From Macrostomum lignano (lineage: Eukaryota), in assembly GCA_002269645.1 (NCBI GenBank), contig NIVC01001693.1:62001-126000 (forward strand): a stretch of 64,000 nt of DNA, read 5' to 3'. The first letter of the stretch is position 1. Each line of letters opens with the position of its first letter. The notes under the pieces were generated by a model that was not told where the DNA came from, ran no database searches, and saw only the letters and a program-made list of their open reading frames with translations. Below, one piece after another: positions 1 to 12,256 of the stretch. The position numbers and the translations under genes were made by a program.

Positions 1-96
1 TTCAGAAGTGCTTGACTTGCAAGACACCCAATCATCGCATCTATAAACCATGGAGACATCCCATCAACTTTCCCTCTACTCAAATTCCCCCCGTAC

Positions 97-3000
97 CCTG
101 CACATGTATCTGTGCCTGCGCATCCGAAATTTTGCGGTACTGTTATACTTGTCCATAGAATACTGCCGACCAAGCCATTCTGTAACAAGTAACATAAAAA
201 AATAAGAAGTATCGAGCACTGATAATAAAATAACTATAGAAATCCCTGTTTCTCTCTCCTTGCTGAGACTTGAAAAAAGGGCAACCTACGCTATCCTTGG
301 ACCGCAATCGGCGCATTAGGAGTCGCTGACGCCAGAGCTTCTCTGATCGGGCTAACCGGTTGAGTTCAACTGGGCACAGTTGGCCTGCGAAAAAATTGCA
401 ATTTAACGCGTTGAAAAAGTACACTTCTGTACACTAATTTGAGCTCTAATCAATTTTAATAACTTAATTAACGATGAGACTAGGGTTGGAGTCCCCAGTA
501 AACTTTCATTGCAAGGCTAGTACTACACCCCTTACACTAAAATCCTATTCCTTTGTTGATTTATCAATCGGGTCTGACTATTAATTTAACCCTAAAATCC
601 TAAATTAAACCTTAGAAGCGTCCCAGAGTTAATTGCATTGCCCCAGAGTCGTTGCAGGTAGCATACAATTAAACGCTAAATCGACTCTCGGACGACTCTT
701 TTTTATCGACTCTAGTCTTTTATGATTCTGCAAGTCAAGTGATGCGCTCGTGACCCAGAGTCGCCTTACCGCCGCATCACAGTTGTTTGCGTCGTTAAAA
801 AATCACAAGAGCCGCGCCAAAGTCACCAGTGACTTGTTTGCAGTGACTCGTAGCGATTCTTGTCACGGTAACGTTTTTCAACGGGTTTAACCGACTCAGC
901 TGATTGGTTGATCCCTCTGTAGTTACATAACCGAACTCGTACCGATCCCCATCTAGTTGGGTTTCTAGTGTCAGAGCATGTCACACAAGCACTTGACCAA
1001 CCAGCTCATATATGAATTCCCAGTGAGCACTTGACATTTCTAACTAGCAATTACCAACGCACAAGTTATACCCCAACGTGGAGCTAATTGACAACTTAAT
1101 AATTTAATTTTCGATTAATTTTGTACTCTCTCCATCTCTCATACTGCAGCGGAGCTGAAAACTTTTCCTATAAAATGCCAAGTTAGTAATAAGGAATAGA
1201 CAGTATTATTTACGTCTAGCCGTTAATTAGATAATTAAATATCATAATTAGCCAATTGATTTTATCAACCAATCATATAAGTTGACAAACATGGCAGAAA
1301 ATAAATTATTTAAAAACCACAAGGAGAGAGACAGAGAGACTAGCAGCTAAATATACAGAAAATACACAATTAATAAAGCAATAAAAACAGTTAGATGCGC
1401 ATTCTCACTCCACCAGAAGTCTGTAGACACTTCCAAACCCGGCTGCAGTTGCATAGCCCTGGCGATCACCTGTTCAGCCGTTGCAAAATTCACCGGGTCG
1501 CTGAATCTGCAATTTTTTGAAAAAGTCCAAAGAATCAGTTTGTTATTTTCTGTTATAGACAGGGGCTGTGTGCACCCTGGCCTGAACTTATCGTTAGACA
1601 TGCAAACTTCACTGCTCCTTGGGGCTGGACCCACAAGCAGAGCAGACCCAAACCAAGACTCCAATTTAGCCCCAGCACTTGGAATCGAGCCTGGGCCTCT
1701 AGTAGCATCAAATAAAAATTGCTTGTTGCAATAAAACAATGTAGCTAATACGTATTAGTGATATTGGGAAGTATATTTTTACACAAATGATCATTATACT
1801 TTCGCGGCGTCTTGAATAGGCGCCGATTCCTAGGGTCGCTGTCTAAGGGGGGGGGAGGCGGCGCCGATTCCTAGGGGCGTTCTATTTGGAGGAGGGAGGG
1901 GCGGCGCCGATTCCTAGGGGCGCTGGGTTTGGAGGAGGGAGGGGCGGCGCCGATTCCCAGGGGCGCTGGGTTTGGAGGAGAGAGGGGCAGCGCCAATTCC
2001 CAGGGGCGCTGGGTTTGGAGGAGGAAGGGGCGGCGCCGATTTCCAGGGGCGCTGGGTTTGGAGGATGGAGGGGCGGCGCCGATTCCTAGGGGCGCTGGGT
2101 TTGGAGGATGGAGGGGCGGCGCCGATTCCCAGGGGCGCTGGGTTTGGAGGAGAGAGAGGCAGCGCCAATTCCCAGGGGCGCTGGGTTTGGAGGATGGAGG
2201 GGCGGCGCCGATTCCTAGGGGCGTTCTATTTGGAGGAGGGAGGGGCGGCGCCGATTCCTAGGGGCTTTCTATTTGGAGGATCATGCTTGGGCGCAACCTA
2301 GGGATTCACCCGGCCGTTTCTATTGGCAACACACACACACACACACACACACGTAAGTCGCTATTGGACAGAATAGTAATCACGTGACTGCTCTCAGCCA
2401 ATAGCGACTTACATGTGTGTGTTGCCAATAGAAACGGCCGGGTGATTCCCAAGGTTGCGCATGTATGTCGATGGAGGGGCGGCGCCGATTCCCAGGGGCG
2501 CTGGGTTTGGAGGAGAGAGGGGCAGCGCCGATTCCCAGGTGCGCTGGGTTTGGAGGAGAGAGGGGCAGCGCCGATTCCCAGGGGCGCTGGGTTTGGAAAA
2601 GGGAGGGGCGGCGCCGATTCCCAGGTGCGCTGGGTTTGGAGGAGAGAGGGCAGCGCCGATTCCCAGGGGCGCTGGGTTTGGAGGAGAGAGGGGCAGCGCC
2701 GATTCCCAGGGGCGCTGGGTTTGGAAAAGGGAGGGGCGGCGCCGATTCCCAGGTGCGCTGGGTTTGGAGGAGGGAGGGGCGCCGATTCCCAGGTGCGCTG
2801 GGTTTGGAGGAGGGAGGGGCGCCGATTTCCAGGGGCGCTGGGTCTGGAGGAGGGAGGGGCAGCGCCGATTCCCAGGGGCGCTGGGTTTGGAAAAGGGAGG
2901 GGCGGCGCCGATTCCCAGGTGCGCTGGGTTTGGAGGAGAGAGGGGCAGCGCCGATTCCCAGGGGCGCTGGGTTTGGAAAAGGGAGGGGCGGCGCCGATTC

Positions 3001-4618
3001 CCAGGTGCGCTGGGTTTGGAGGAGAGAGGGGCAGCGCCGATTCCCAGGGGCGCTGGGTTTGGAGGAGAGAGGGGCAGCGCCGATTCCCAGGGGCGCTGGG
3101 TTTGGAAAAGGGAGGGGCGGCGCCGATTCCCAGGTGCGCTGGGTTTGGAGGAGAGAGGGGCAGCGCCGATTCCCAGGGGCGCTGGGTTTGGAAAAGGGAG
3201 GGGCGGCGCCGATTCCCAGGTGCGCTGGGTTTGGAGGAGAGAGGGGCAGCGCCGATTCCCAGGGGCGCTGGGTTTGGAGGAGAGAGGGGCAGCGCCGATT
3301 CCCAGGGGCGCTGGGTTTGGAAAAGGGAGGGGCGGCGCCGATTCCCAGGTGCGCTGGGTTTGGAGGAGGGAGGGGCGCCGATTCCCAGGTGCGCTGGGTT
3401 TGGAGGAGGGAGGGGCGCCGATTTCCAGGGGCGCTGGGTCTGGAGGAGAGAGGGGCAGCGCCGATTCCCAGGGGCGCTGGGTTTGGAAAAGGGAGGGGCG
3501 GCGCCGATTCCCAGGTGCGCTGGGTTTGGAGGAGAGAGGGGCAGCGCCGATTCCCAGGGGCGCTGGGTTTGGAAAAGGGAGGGGCGGCGCCGATTCCCAG
3601 GTGCGCTGGGTTTGGAGGAGGGAGGGGCGCCGATTCCCAGGTGCGCTGGGTTTGGAGGAGGGAGGGGCGCCGATTTCCAGGGGCGCTGGGTCTGGAGGAG
3701 GGAGGGGCGAATTCAAATGAACTCACGGCATGCTGAAATCAAACAGATGCGGTCCGCCGCCTTTCATCTCTTTGTAGGCCAAATGAATGGCGCTTTTGCA
3801 CAGCGCGCCCACATCCGGCTGATGGGCGGAGGAGCCGGCGCCGCTCACGCCGCTGTCTGGCAACTGATCTTCGTCACCCATCGTGGCAGTAGTCGCCGCC
3901 GCCGCTGCCGTGGAGCTTCGCCGGGGCAACCGGCGCTGACGTCGCCGAGACAGTCCGGCGCCAGCAGCCGTGCTAGAAGAAGTAGACATTCCAAGAATGC
4001 CCTCGCTAGTGGAATCCTCGCCAATTAGAAGGCAGTCATCGTCATCTAGAAAGTTGTTATCGACAGACGCGGGCGCATCGAATCCATAGTCGGCAGCGGC
4101 GGCGGCGTCGTTGTCGGCCGCGTCGGCATCCTCAGTCGTCGGAGGATCGCTAACGGAGGACGCCTCCACCTTGGCAACTGCCGGCATTGACTGATCATCG
4201 CCGTTGTCGCATTTCAGTCTGGCCAGTTTGACCGCCGGCTGCATCAGCTGATCGAATTGAGCGGCCGCCAGCGACGACGACGAAGTTGACGGCAATTGCG
4301 GAGACAATCGGCGCCGATTATTCAATTTGACCGACCGGGGGCAGGCCTCGTGCTCGTCGCTGCGCTGACAGACCCGATCGTAGCGCGGCTCCATGATGCC
4401 GACAATGTGAGTGTGCAGACTGTTGGCTATTTTTAGCGCGCGAAGCAGCTCCCTGGCGGTTTCGATGAGTTAATTAGATGAGTTTTGGAGACACCTGAGT
4501 TGCTTTTATACCATTTCAAACCAGGTTGCGAGAAAACCATTACAGTAGATCAAGGATACAAATATAAATGCATGTATGTGCAACTTGCATGCCATTCGTC
4601 TGTCTGTCTGTCCTGTCC

Positions 4619-4714
<96 letters not shown>

Positions 4715-5298
4715 CACCAGCCTTAGTGTTCGTCAGTTTGTAGTCTTAGTGTATTACAAGACTAGCTAGCAAAGTAGCTTAGATGGTTATTGTGCTGTTT
4801 TTGTCATTGCTTATCTACTTTTCATGTGGCTGTCTACCTGTAATGTTAATCTAGCGTTAGTTTTTCCTAGTTCTTTATAAGGTCAAACATAGCGCGCTTC
4901 ATCTAGATTACTATTACTAAAATACTAAGTCTTGTATCTGTAACATCTTGGATGCAATAAGTTCCATTGGTGGCTGTATTTTTAAACAAAAAGCTTAACC
5001 ATGATTCCTATTGCAGAATCTTGTTATTAATATTGTAATCCTAATCGGTCCAAGTTTCAATTCTGTATCAAGATTTTAGGCATTGCTGCTTTAGAATGCC
5101 AAATTCTACCACAATTCTGATGAAAAACCCAGCATGTCAATAATGCCAATACACTTCCACAGATTGAACAAATAAAGACACTACTCACCTGTCAGCCATA
5201 GATTCAACAAGCATCTGAGCATTAGTCACAGTGCACTCAAACAAAGTTAATGGAGAGAACACTGGATTGCCTGGGGCAGTTGCAACATCACATGCCAT
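97..5298 (-). CDS. Unidentified multi-exon protein-coding gene, 3' end beyond the left edge. Proposed exons 5298-5189, 4494(or 4452/4419)-3727, 1506-1409, 384-286, 179-97
   Basis: The GC-rich 223-aa ORF 3723-4394 ends at a GTGAGT donor (3726). The other exons have AG/GT boundaries and chain with compatible phases into one reading frame (MACDVATAPG...MADR / ...GGGPHLFDFSMP / FSDPVNF...DFWWS / QLCPVELNRLARSEKLWRQRLL... / EWLGRQYSMDKY...). Using the 4494 acceptor gives an in-frame TAA at 4472-4470. No family recognised. The small exons are less certain than the large one. Confidence 0.55.
1819..3710. repeat. GC-rich minisatellite, ~43-bp unit (GCGCCGATTCCCAGGGGCGCTGGGTTTGGAGGAGAGAGGGGCA), intronic, interrupted by a MITE
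   Basis: Directly visible tandem units with 40-44-bp variants; ends ~15 nt from the donor at 3726. Confidence 0.95.
2282..2467. mobile_element. Palindromic MITE of the CATACATGCGCAAC-TIR (hAT-like) family
   Basis: Arms 2291-2367 and 2398-2460 are reverse complements apart from a CA-tract length difference. The right end GTTGCGCATGTATG is identical to the TIR of the 12441-12703 MITE, and both share the GCGACTTAC/GTAAGTCGC motif. Left TIR and TSD are degenerate. Confidence 0.7.
4598..4712. repeat. (TGTC)n microsatellite
   Basis: Direct observation. Confidence 0.97.
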
Positions 5299-7511
5299 GA
5301 TGAAACTTAATTTTTAAAGGCTATTTTTAATATTGAATAAACAAGCTGTTGAAGCCAATGAGATTTCAATTGATTAATGCATGCAAAATATAATATTAAA
5401 TCAGAATGGAAATTTGAAGTTTAATATTATTATATATAACTTGAATTAAACACATTTAATAATTATTCTTAAAGTTCAATTTGGTGACTAGATATCTTTC
5501 ATACCAAGCAGTAACTTTAGCTATTTAATTAAATCCTATATGCCTACTTATATACATTTCTTATTTCAACCTTTAAGTTAGCAACCTTTAAGTTAAATAG
5601 CTAATATTTAACATTTAGTTTATCTTTTCTATTAAAATTAGTTATATTCACTAAGTATAACACAAATAGAATATTTTATTAGTACTCGTATTTAAACCTT
5701 ATACTAAAAACTAAAATATTATACTTCATATAATAATCAAATAAACTATTTATAACATTATAAGGTATTTATTTTATCTAATAGACTTACAATATTCAAA
5801 TATAATTACTATTAGTTATTTGTTATAGTTTCTTTGGTGCCACTTGCCTATGTTTATTACCTATTATTGACTCACTTTGCAATAATAATTGCAAATAATA
5901 ATTGCACAACTTTTGTAAAAATATTATACTTAATATTTTATATACTCATTGCCAATGTATATAGCATGCATGTGTGGCAAATTACATCTATGCTAAAGCT
6001 TGAAATTGTTTAATTGCACTATTGTATAGGTAGCAAGTTGCCATCAATAATTTTTTAGATAATAGAATGGCTAGTTCAGCTATTAGTTAAAAGTAACATA
6101 TTCTTGGCTGATGTTTAGCAAAGCAATCTCTTAAAAAGATAGTCCTCTTTACTAAAATATTAGGGCCTATTGTTTGTTTTGTTTGTTTAAAGTAAATTAA
6201 TGAAAAACAATGAAAATGACTAATTTGACAAATTTGCTGCTTTTTTTATAATTCTATTTTAAAATGAATATGGAATAAATAAGACCAAGACTTAGTTTCT
6301 AGTTTATTTTAGTTCAAATAAAACATAATAACCAAATGAAATAGGTAATCCAAAATAGGATTTGGTCTTAATTTTATTCAAAGTCTCTAGAAATAGATTA
6401 GCTATAAATTTATTTACAATTAAGCCAAATAAGACATATAAAAAAGAAAACCTAACTAGATTAAGCATTGTTTGACAATAATAAATATAGCTATTAATGT
6501 ATTTATCATATTGGCTAGAAAGAGTATAGTTTTATGTCTTTATAAGATAATAGATAACATATTTGCAAACTAATAATATTTTACTAAGGCTTAGTCTCTT
6601 AATTATTATATTTTGACTTAAAGTTTGATTAAAAATTAAACAATATCAAGGTGCATTGAGCTAACATCATACTTGCACAATTGCTAGCTAAACTGGCCAA
6701 TCTGGTCACCAAAAATTTTAGTGGACCAAGGGTAACAGTGTTGCTACAGGCATTTGAAAAAAAATAGACGCAGCCGATAAAAAAAACGCAGGCAGTACTA
6801 AAAATTATAATGAAGCTCAGAACTACTCTATTGTACATTCATGCCTCTGCCCTGCCTATGTGGGTGTGCTCTGTGTTTTTGCATATGTACACGGCACCGT
6901 GTAAAGCAACAATTTTCTTAACAAATCCGAAGCCTGCTGTCCTTAATTTTTAGATGCGAACTGCTAGTACATTACATGTTAGATGCCAGTCAGTAGCTAA
7001 TACAAGTATTAAGAAGCTGTTCTCGAGTTGCACAACTGCAGGCTGTACCCTTGTCTGTTGAGCAAATAATGATGAACGACATCAAGGAGTTCGGGGAACA
7101 AATTTACATTGCACTATTAGTAGAATACAGAGAAATGATCTAGGCCCTGAAACATCCTAGCACTGTGCCCTGGACATACAACTATACTGTATAAATGCAC
7201 ACAAGTGACTAGCAGCCCTAGGATGATTAACAACAAGATACATTAGCAACGAAACATGTTCTTATATCTAATGCATAATAGAAAATCATGACGATGCTGA
7301 GCAATACAATAGTAAAAAGGCTGAGAGTACATCAGTACATTTTATTCCAAAATCAACACGGCTACCAGCCAACCAGCAGATGTCATAAATGGTCACATGC
7401 AAAAATTTATTTATTTCCTCTTTAATCAGCAGCGGCCAGCGAGTGCACAAAAATTGGCCGATGGATATTGGCTAACAGACAAACTAGGATACGCAACTTA
7501 TCCTGCACTTA

Positions 7512-7872
7512 TTGGGTTGTCCAGAAAGTTCTGTCCGATTTTTTCACATGGTCTAACTTCCTTATACTAAAACTTACTTATCTATTATCCATTGTTGTTC
7601 ATATTTGCCTATTAGCAATACATGTTACTCACCTTTCTACCACCACCTGCATCTAACTGAAAGTTGCTTCTTTCCAGCAAAGAATGGCACATGATAATGA
7701 GCACCTTTTGCACTGCTTGCTCTATCTATCTATTCCGCGCCATTGACCGGCATCTGCAAGGCAAGAGCTTCAACAACGAACTGGCCCTCATCTCGGAGAT
7801 CGGCAACTTTTTTGACTCGATGAACATTTGTATAAAAAAATGGACAGAACTTTCTAGACATTGGACAACCTA
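7512..7872 (+). mobile_element. Internally deleted mariner element inside the hAT
   Basis: Inverted ends TTGGGTTGTCCAGAAAGTTCTGTCCGATTTTTT and AAAAAAATGGACAGAACTTTCT..GGACAACCTA flanked by TA. The interior encodes YLFRAIDRHLQGKSFNNELALISEIGNFFDS, which resembles the mariner transposase C-terminus. Confidence 0.75.
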
Positions 7873-8439
7873 TACATATAAGAGCGACAGTGAGTACGTA
7901 TATGTGCAATATGTGTATCTCGATCGATGGCCGATGCAAACATACATGGAAACAGCACGACAACAACAATGCAACAACTTGAAGAATAAATGTAAAAATT
8001 CATGTCATCTGTTACTCTTTCAGTTCTCACTGTCTCTACCCTCTCAGTCACTCAAAGAGCAAGATTGCGAGCATAGCTGTTCGTAATAAAATGCATGTAA
8101 AATAAAACTGATGCCTAGATCATGCCTGGATGCATCTTTGTTGCAAACCCTGTATCCCCATATGCAGTGTTTGGCAAAGTTCATTTTTGGAAAAGTTCAA
8201 TTCATTTTTAAAATGATATTGAAAGAATAGCAGAATGAGATCATTTTTAACTGTTTGGCAGTAGAATGAGGTAAAGAAATGGTTGTTACTCGAGCATGAC
8301 TGACCAAGTAGGAAATGCCCTTGCATAAAGTTCAAAAGTTCGTTGTACGAAAGTTCCTTTTTTGTGAACTTGCCCAGCACTGCCTATCTATTTATGTCTA
8401 TGTAAGCCCAAAAATCATTGTTACCAAAAGTTACCGGCG

Positions 8440-10863
8440 TCACTTTTTGAAATAACTGGCGATGGTAGACTTGGTCGCCTTCTCCTCCAACTTTCTCTTT
8501 TTCTCTTTGAGGCCCTCAGTCTCCTTCTCCAGTGTCTTGCACTCAATCGCTAGGGCAGCTACCTGTCGCTGATATTTGTCAAGCATTGCGGCAGCTCTGT
8601 CCGCTTGCGCATCTACCTCCAGTCTCCTCTTCCGTATGCTCTCCTCCTTTGCCTGCAACTGTGCAGAGTGTGTTGCCTTCTTAATTTCCTGTGCAATTTC
8701 TACTGCCAACTCTCTCTCCTTTGCCAACTTCTTCTGCTTCTCCTCATTCTCCTCCCGCTGCCGCTCCAGGTGCTGCTTCCAGCTGTGCCGAGCATGAAAG
8801 CCTGCGTTGATGTACGCGTCATTGAAGTGAAACGTTTCACAAGTCAAACCGGTCGACTTCAGGAAACCTCGGGTAAGCAGACAGCCATCTATGGTGCGGA
8901 TGTCCAGATTGCTTCTTTTCTTTGAAAAAAGGTCTGTAAGATCGGCAAACACACGCTCCACTGCCGCATTGCCATGCGGGATGGAAAGAGCGGCAAGCAC
9001 CAATTTGCGCAGTGCAGGGTATTCGTACACACTACCTTCCTCCGCAGTACCAACACCGCTCAGTGTAGCATTTACGACTGGAAGCCAGAAATCAAGTACC
9101 TCAACGTCCTACAGCTTATCACAGTCTTTTGAACACAGTGCCAATGAAAGTCGCCGAAAGTCAGTGTCAATGGTCGAAATGTCTTGCTCCGAGAAATGCA
9201 TTTCTTTAGCCAATCCAACCGGGTACGAGCTGTCAACCAACGAAACCTTCAATGGGTCAAGAAATTGTGCGCACCTCAAAGCAGCATTTGCCAGTGGGAG
9301 ATGGGATTGGAGGTATTGTGTCAGCTCGTTGTAGAACTGTCTCGCGCGCACGATACAGACCTTCTTGACATCAGCACTCTCACAAGTCGAAAGAAAGTTG
9401 CGCACCTTCTCGCCAATGAAGACTTGATTGTCTGGTAAGCATGCTTCAAATGGGAACTTCATTCTAGATAAATGCTTGGCATTAGAAGCCACGTGCTCCT
9501 TTGTTAAGAAGCAGGCCAGTAGTTCCTTGAACAACATACGGAGCTCAATGTACATCAAATGGATCTTGACGTTGTTACCTTGGAATGCTTTCTCAAACTT
9601 GTCCAACATTGGCAGCACAGCCTGGAGGAAAAGAAGATCGAATTCAACTTCATCATCAGCTAGGAGTGACTGGATAGACTGGACCGATTCTTTTTTCAAA
9701 TCATTGGGATTTTCCAGGCGCAGCCTCTTTAGAAAAAACTCACGGAGTCCTTCCAACTGCTCAACAAGCCTGTTAACCACCGGCAAAAGCTGTATCCACC
9801 TAGTTTCAACATGTCGCAAAAACCTGTGCGACTGCAATTCAAGCATGTCTTGCACATGCTCGTACCTAGTCCAGCGAGATGTGTACAGAAAGTACGAGTG
9901 AACAAGATCAGCCAGGTTTTCGGCTTTTTTCCTGAGCTTGTCACATGCAGCCCGTGCGGCATTCGAAACATGGTGGAGTGAGCACGTGGCCATTTTGAGT
10001 AGATGGGGTGCATGTTTGTTCATGAGGGTGTGGAACCCACCATGCCGCCCTGTCATCACCGATGGGCCATCAGACATAACACAGACGCACGATTTGAACC
10101 GAAGGCCTAATTTGTTGCAGGTGTTCGCGACGGCAGCTTCCAGAGTTGCGGCTCGCCCATCAGGAATGCTCACAGTCTTGAGAGGCAGTATGAGAAGTTT
10201 CTTCTTCGTGATGGAAATGAATGACACTACAATACTTAGAAACTTCTGCGAGCCCATCGCCTGGTTAGATTCGTCTATGGCTAGGCTAAAATAGCCGCTT
10301 CCAGAGTTAATGTCTTGTATAATTTCATTCCGAATGGTTGGAGCGATTGCCTCTGTTACCAAGTAGGTGGTCTTCTGCCGCTGGCATTTGAATTTTTGGG
10401 CAATTTGGCTGTCCGGAAACATGGTCTTGTATATTCCGTGGTCAGCAGAGGCGAATGACCAATGGTGCTCCACAATATTCAGAGCGTGCCTCAGCTTGGC
10501 CTTCATGACTTTGGCATCTAAAGTGCTTGGCTTTTCAGTTGTGGTATCGCCATTTGTGCCATCAGCACTAGGATTGGAGGTTGACGACCTCTGGGGCTTG
10601 AAATAAAAATTGATGGACGTCGCCGAGCTTTCCTTTTGGAGCTTGAGCATATAGCGATCAGAATGCTTCTTGCTCTTCGCATGATTTTCTACCGCTCCAA
10701 AGCCAGCTGAGCCGATTTGGAAATCTTTGGCACAAATTGAGCAGTAGGCCCGACAAGCGTCTTTTGGGTCAGGCTGGAGCCAGAGGCTGCACTGCTGGTT
10801 ATGGGCCGTTCAGTTGCACCAGGAGTCCACAAACTTTGTGGCTCGAACTTTCGATAGCGACAT
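8440..10863 (-). pseudogene. hAT transposase, 807 codons, with two in-frame stops (TGA 10812-10810, TAG 9111-9109) and no frameshift
   Basis: ATG at 10863. One continuous frame joins a BED-type finger (WLQPDPKDACRAYCSIC...H.KSKKH), the catalytic core (LAIDES, MSDG, CSLH, ETRW), DFW...YPAL...IPHGNAAVERVF dimerisation domain and a C-terminal coiled coil. ORFs 9109-10650 and 8440-9030 are in the same frame. Confidence 0.92.
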
Positions 10864-12256
10864 GAATGATGAAGGGCAGTTGAAGCTCGCATAAATGGAC
10901 ATATTACAATTGTTGCGTTACCAAATTAATTTAATTGAGCTTATGAAGTTGGCTGCTAAAATGGTCTTCGAGGTTGTGAATTTTCGAGCCTATGAAGTTT
11001 CGGATTTATGAAAGGATGTGCTTTTCGAGGTTGTGAAATTTCGAGCTTGTGAAGCGACCCCAAATGCAGGAAGTAGTTTTCTTTGTATTTTTCAAACAAT
11101 GGATTTTAAGATAAACAAAGCTGATGCAACAAACATAAAACGTGGGATTTTAGATAATACAACAGCAAAAAGGACCACTTAAGTCACCAACAAAACAGCT
11201 AGCAAGTAAAAACGCAGAATGAAAAAAAACGCAGAAAAAACGCACAAACGCAGATTTTTCAAAGAAAAAACGCAGCTGCGTTAAAAACGCAGCCTGTAGC
11301 AACACTGAAGGGTAAATAGCAAAAATGCCTATCTAAAAGAATAGAGATATAGTACTAATTAGATGATGAGGCATTTAGCCTTAATAAGACAGTCATAAAT
11401 ATTCTACCATTTACTAAAAATTATATTAATTTTTGCCTTAGGGTTTTTTATATGTAAGTCACATGTCTATAACAAAAGAAAGCTTGAGGCCCCAAAAGAG
11501 CCAATTGCTTCAATATATTTAGCAAGCACTATACATAAGCAACAAAGACCTTAAGGGTCTCCTATAGATATATGCAAAGCAAAAGGGGCAAAAGGAAAAG
11601 GAAGGAATGAAAAAGCAAGTAATCAATGACACATTGCAACAAAAACATTTTATCCCATTTTTTTCAAACTTTCTCACACTACCCAACTATACTATAAGCC
11701 ATTATAGTAATGTCTACAATTTGTTATAGTATTCTAATAGGGGATAAAAATCTCTTTTTTGGTTAAGAATCTTTAAAAGTAAAGATTAATTTTGATATAG
11801 GCTTAACTTTTATACTTTCAATAGGACCTAGACTTTTCAATTCATATAAATCAAGGTCAATGCCTAAACACTTAAACAGGATAAAAATAGCTATTGACAG
11901 ACTAGAAACAAGATAGTTTAAATGCCAAAATAAATCAAAATGTGCTTAATCAAGATAAAGTAGACTATTACTAACAAGGGCCATTATAGCAAAAGCAGTA
12001 CCATTCTATAATATTGTTAATTGATATCATTTTCTGCCATTTAGATAGTCTTATACTCTAACATCTGCTTATAGTAATGCCCAAGGAATATTAAATAAAA
12101 ACATTGTGCAACTTTTTTAAAGCCTATATATAATGCAATCAATAATTTCTATTTTCAAGTTGGTTGGATTCAGCTCCTAATTAGGCCTAGTCCCACTCAT
12201 ATTGCTAACTGGAATCTATAGCAAGCAAGCCTATTTAACCATAATAGATAATGGAA

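Larger units (their letters stand above)
6736..11307 (-). mobile_element. Full-length hAT-superfamily DNA transposon (4572 bp)
   Basis: Perfect 16-bp TIRs CAGTGTTGCTACAGGC (6736-6751 and 11292-11307). 8-bp TSD AAGGGTAA (6728-6735, 11308-11315). Subterminal AAACGCAG repeats at both ends. Internal hAT transposase. Confidence 0.96.
6668..11465. mobile_element. Eroded copy of the CATACATGCGCAAC MITE (6668-6735 plus 11316-~11465) split by the hAT insertion
   Basis: Joining the two hAT flanks gives a diverged reverse-complement match to the intact MITE at 12441-12703 (GTGGACCAAGGGTAAATAGCAAAAATGCC vs GTGGACCAGGGGTAAGTCGCAAAAATGCC). Confidence 0.8.

Noticed and set aside
590-900. Cluster of GAGTCG/CGACTC motifs suggesting a MITE
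   Set aside because: No matching termini or TSD could be identified.
2380-3736. Long ORFs across repeats (also 19025-20343, 24398-25267, 28379-29050, 38427-39632, 40539-41770, 44266-45528, 50934-52918, 53593-55602, 55948-56793)
   Set aside because: They are translations of stop-free tandem units, open in several frames and both strands, and lie in introns or spacers of recognisable genes.
4470-10812. Non-standard genetic code or programmed readthrough to explain three in-frame stops
   Set aside because: Conserved genes here terminate normally at TAA (MED6, Rieske), TAG (ZC3H10) and TGA (TSR2, SARS2, NUP54, PTEN). The three internal stops are of three different types.
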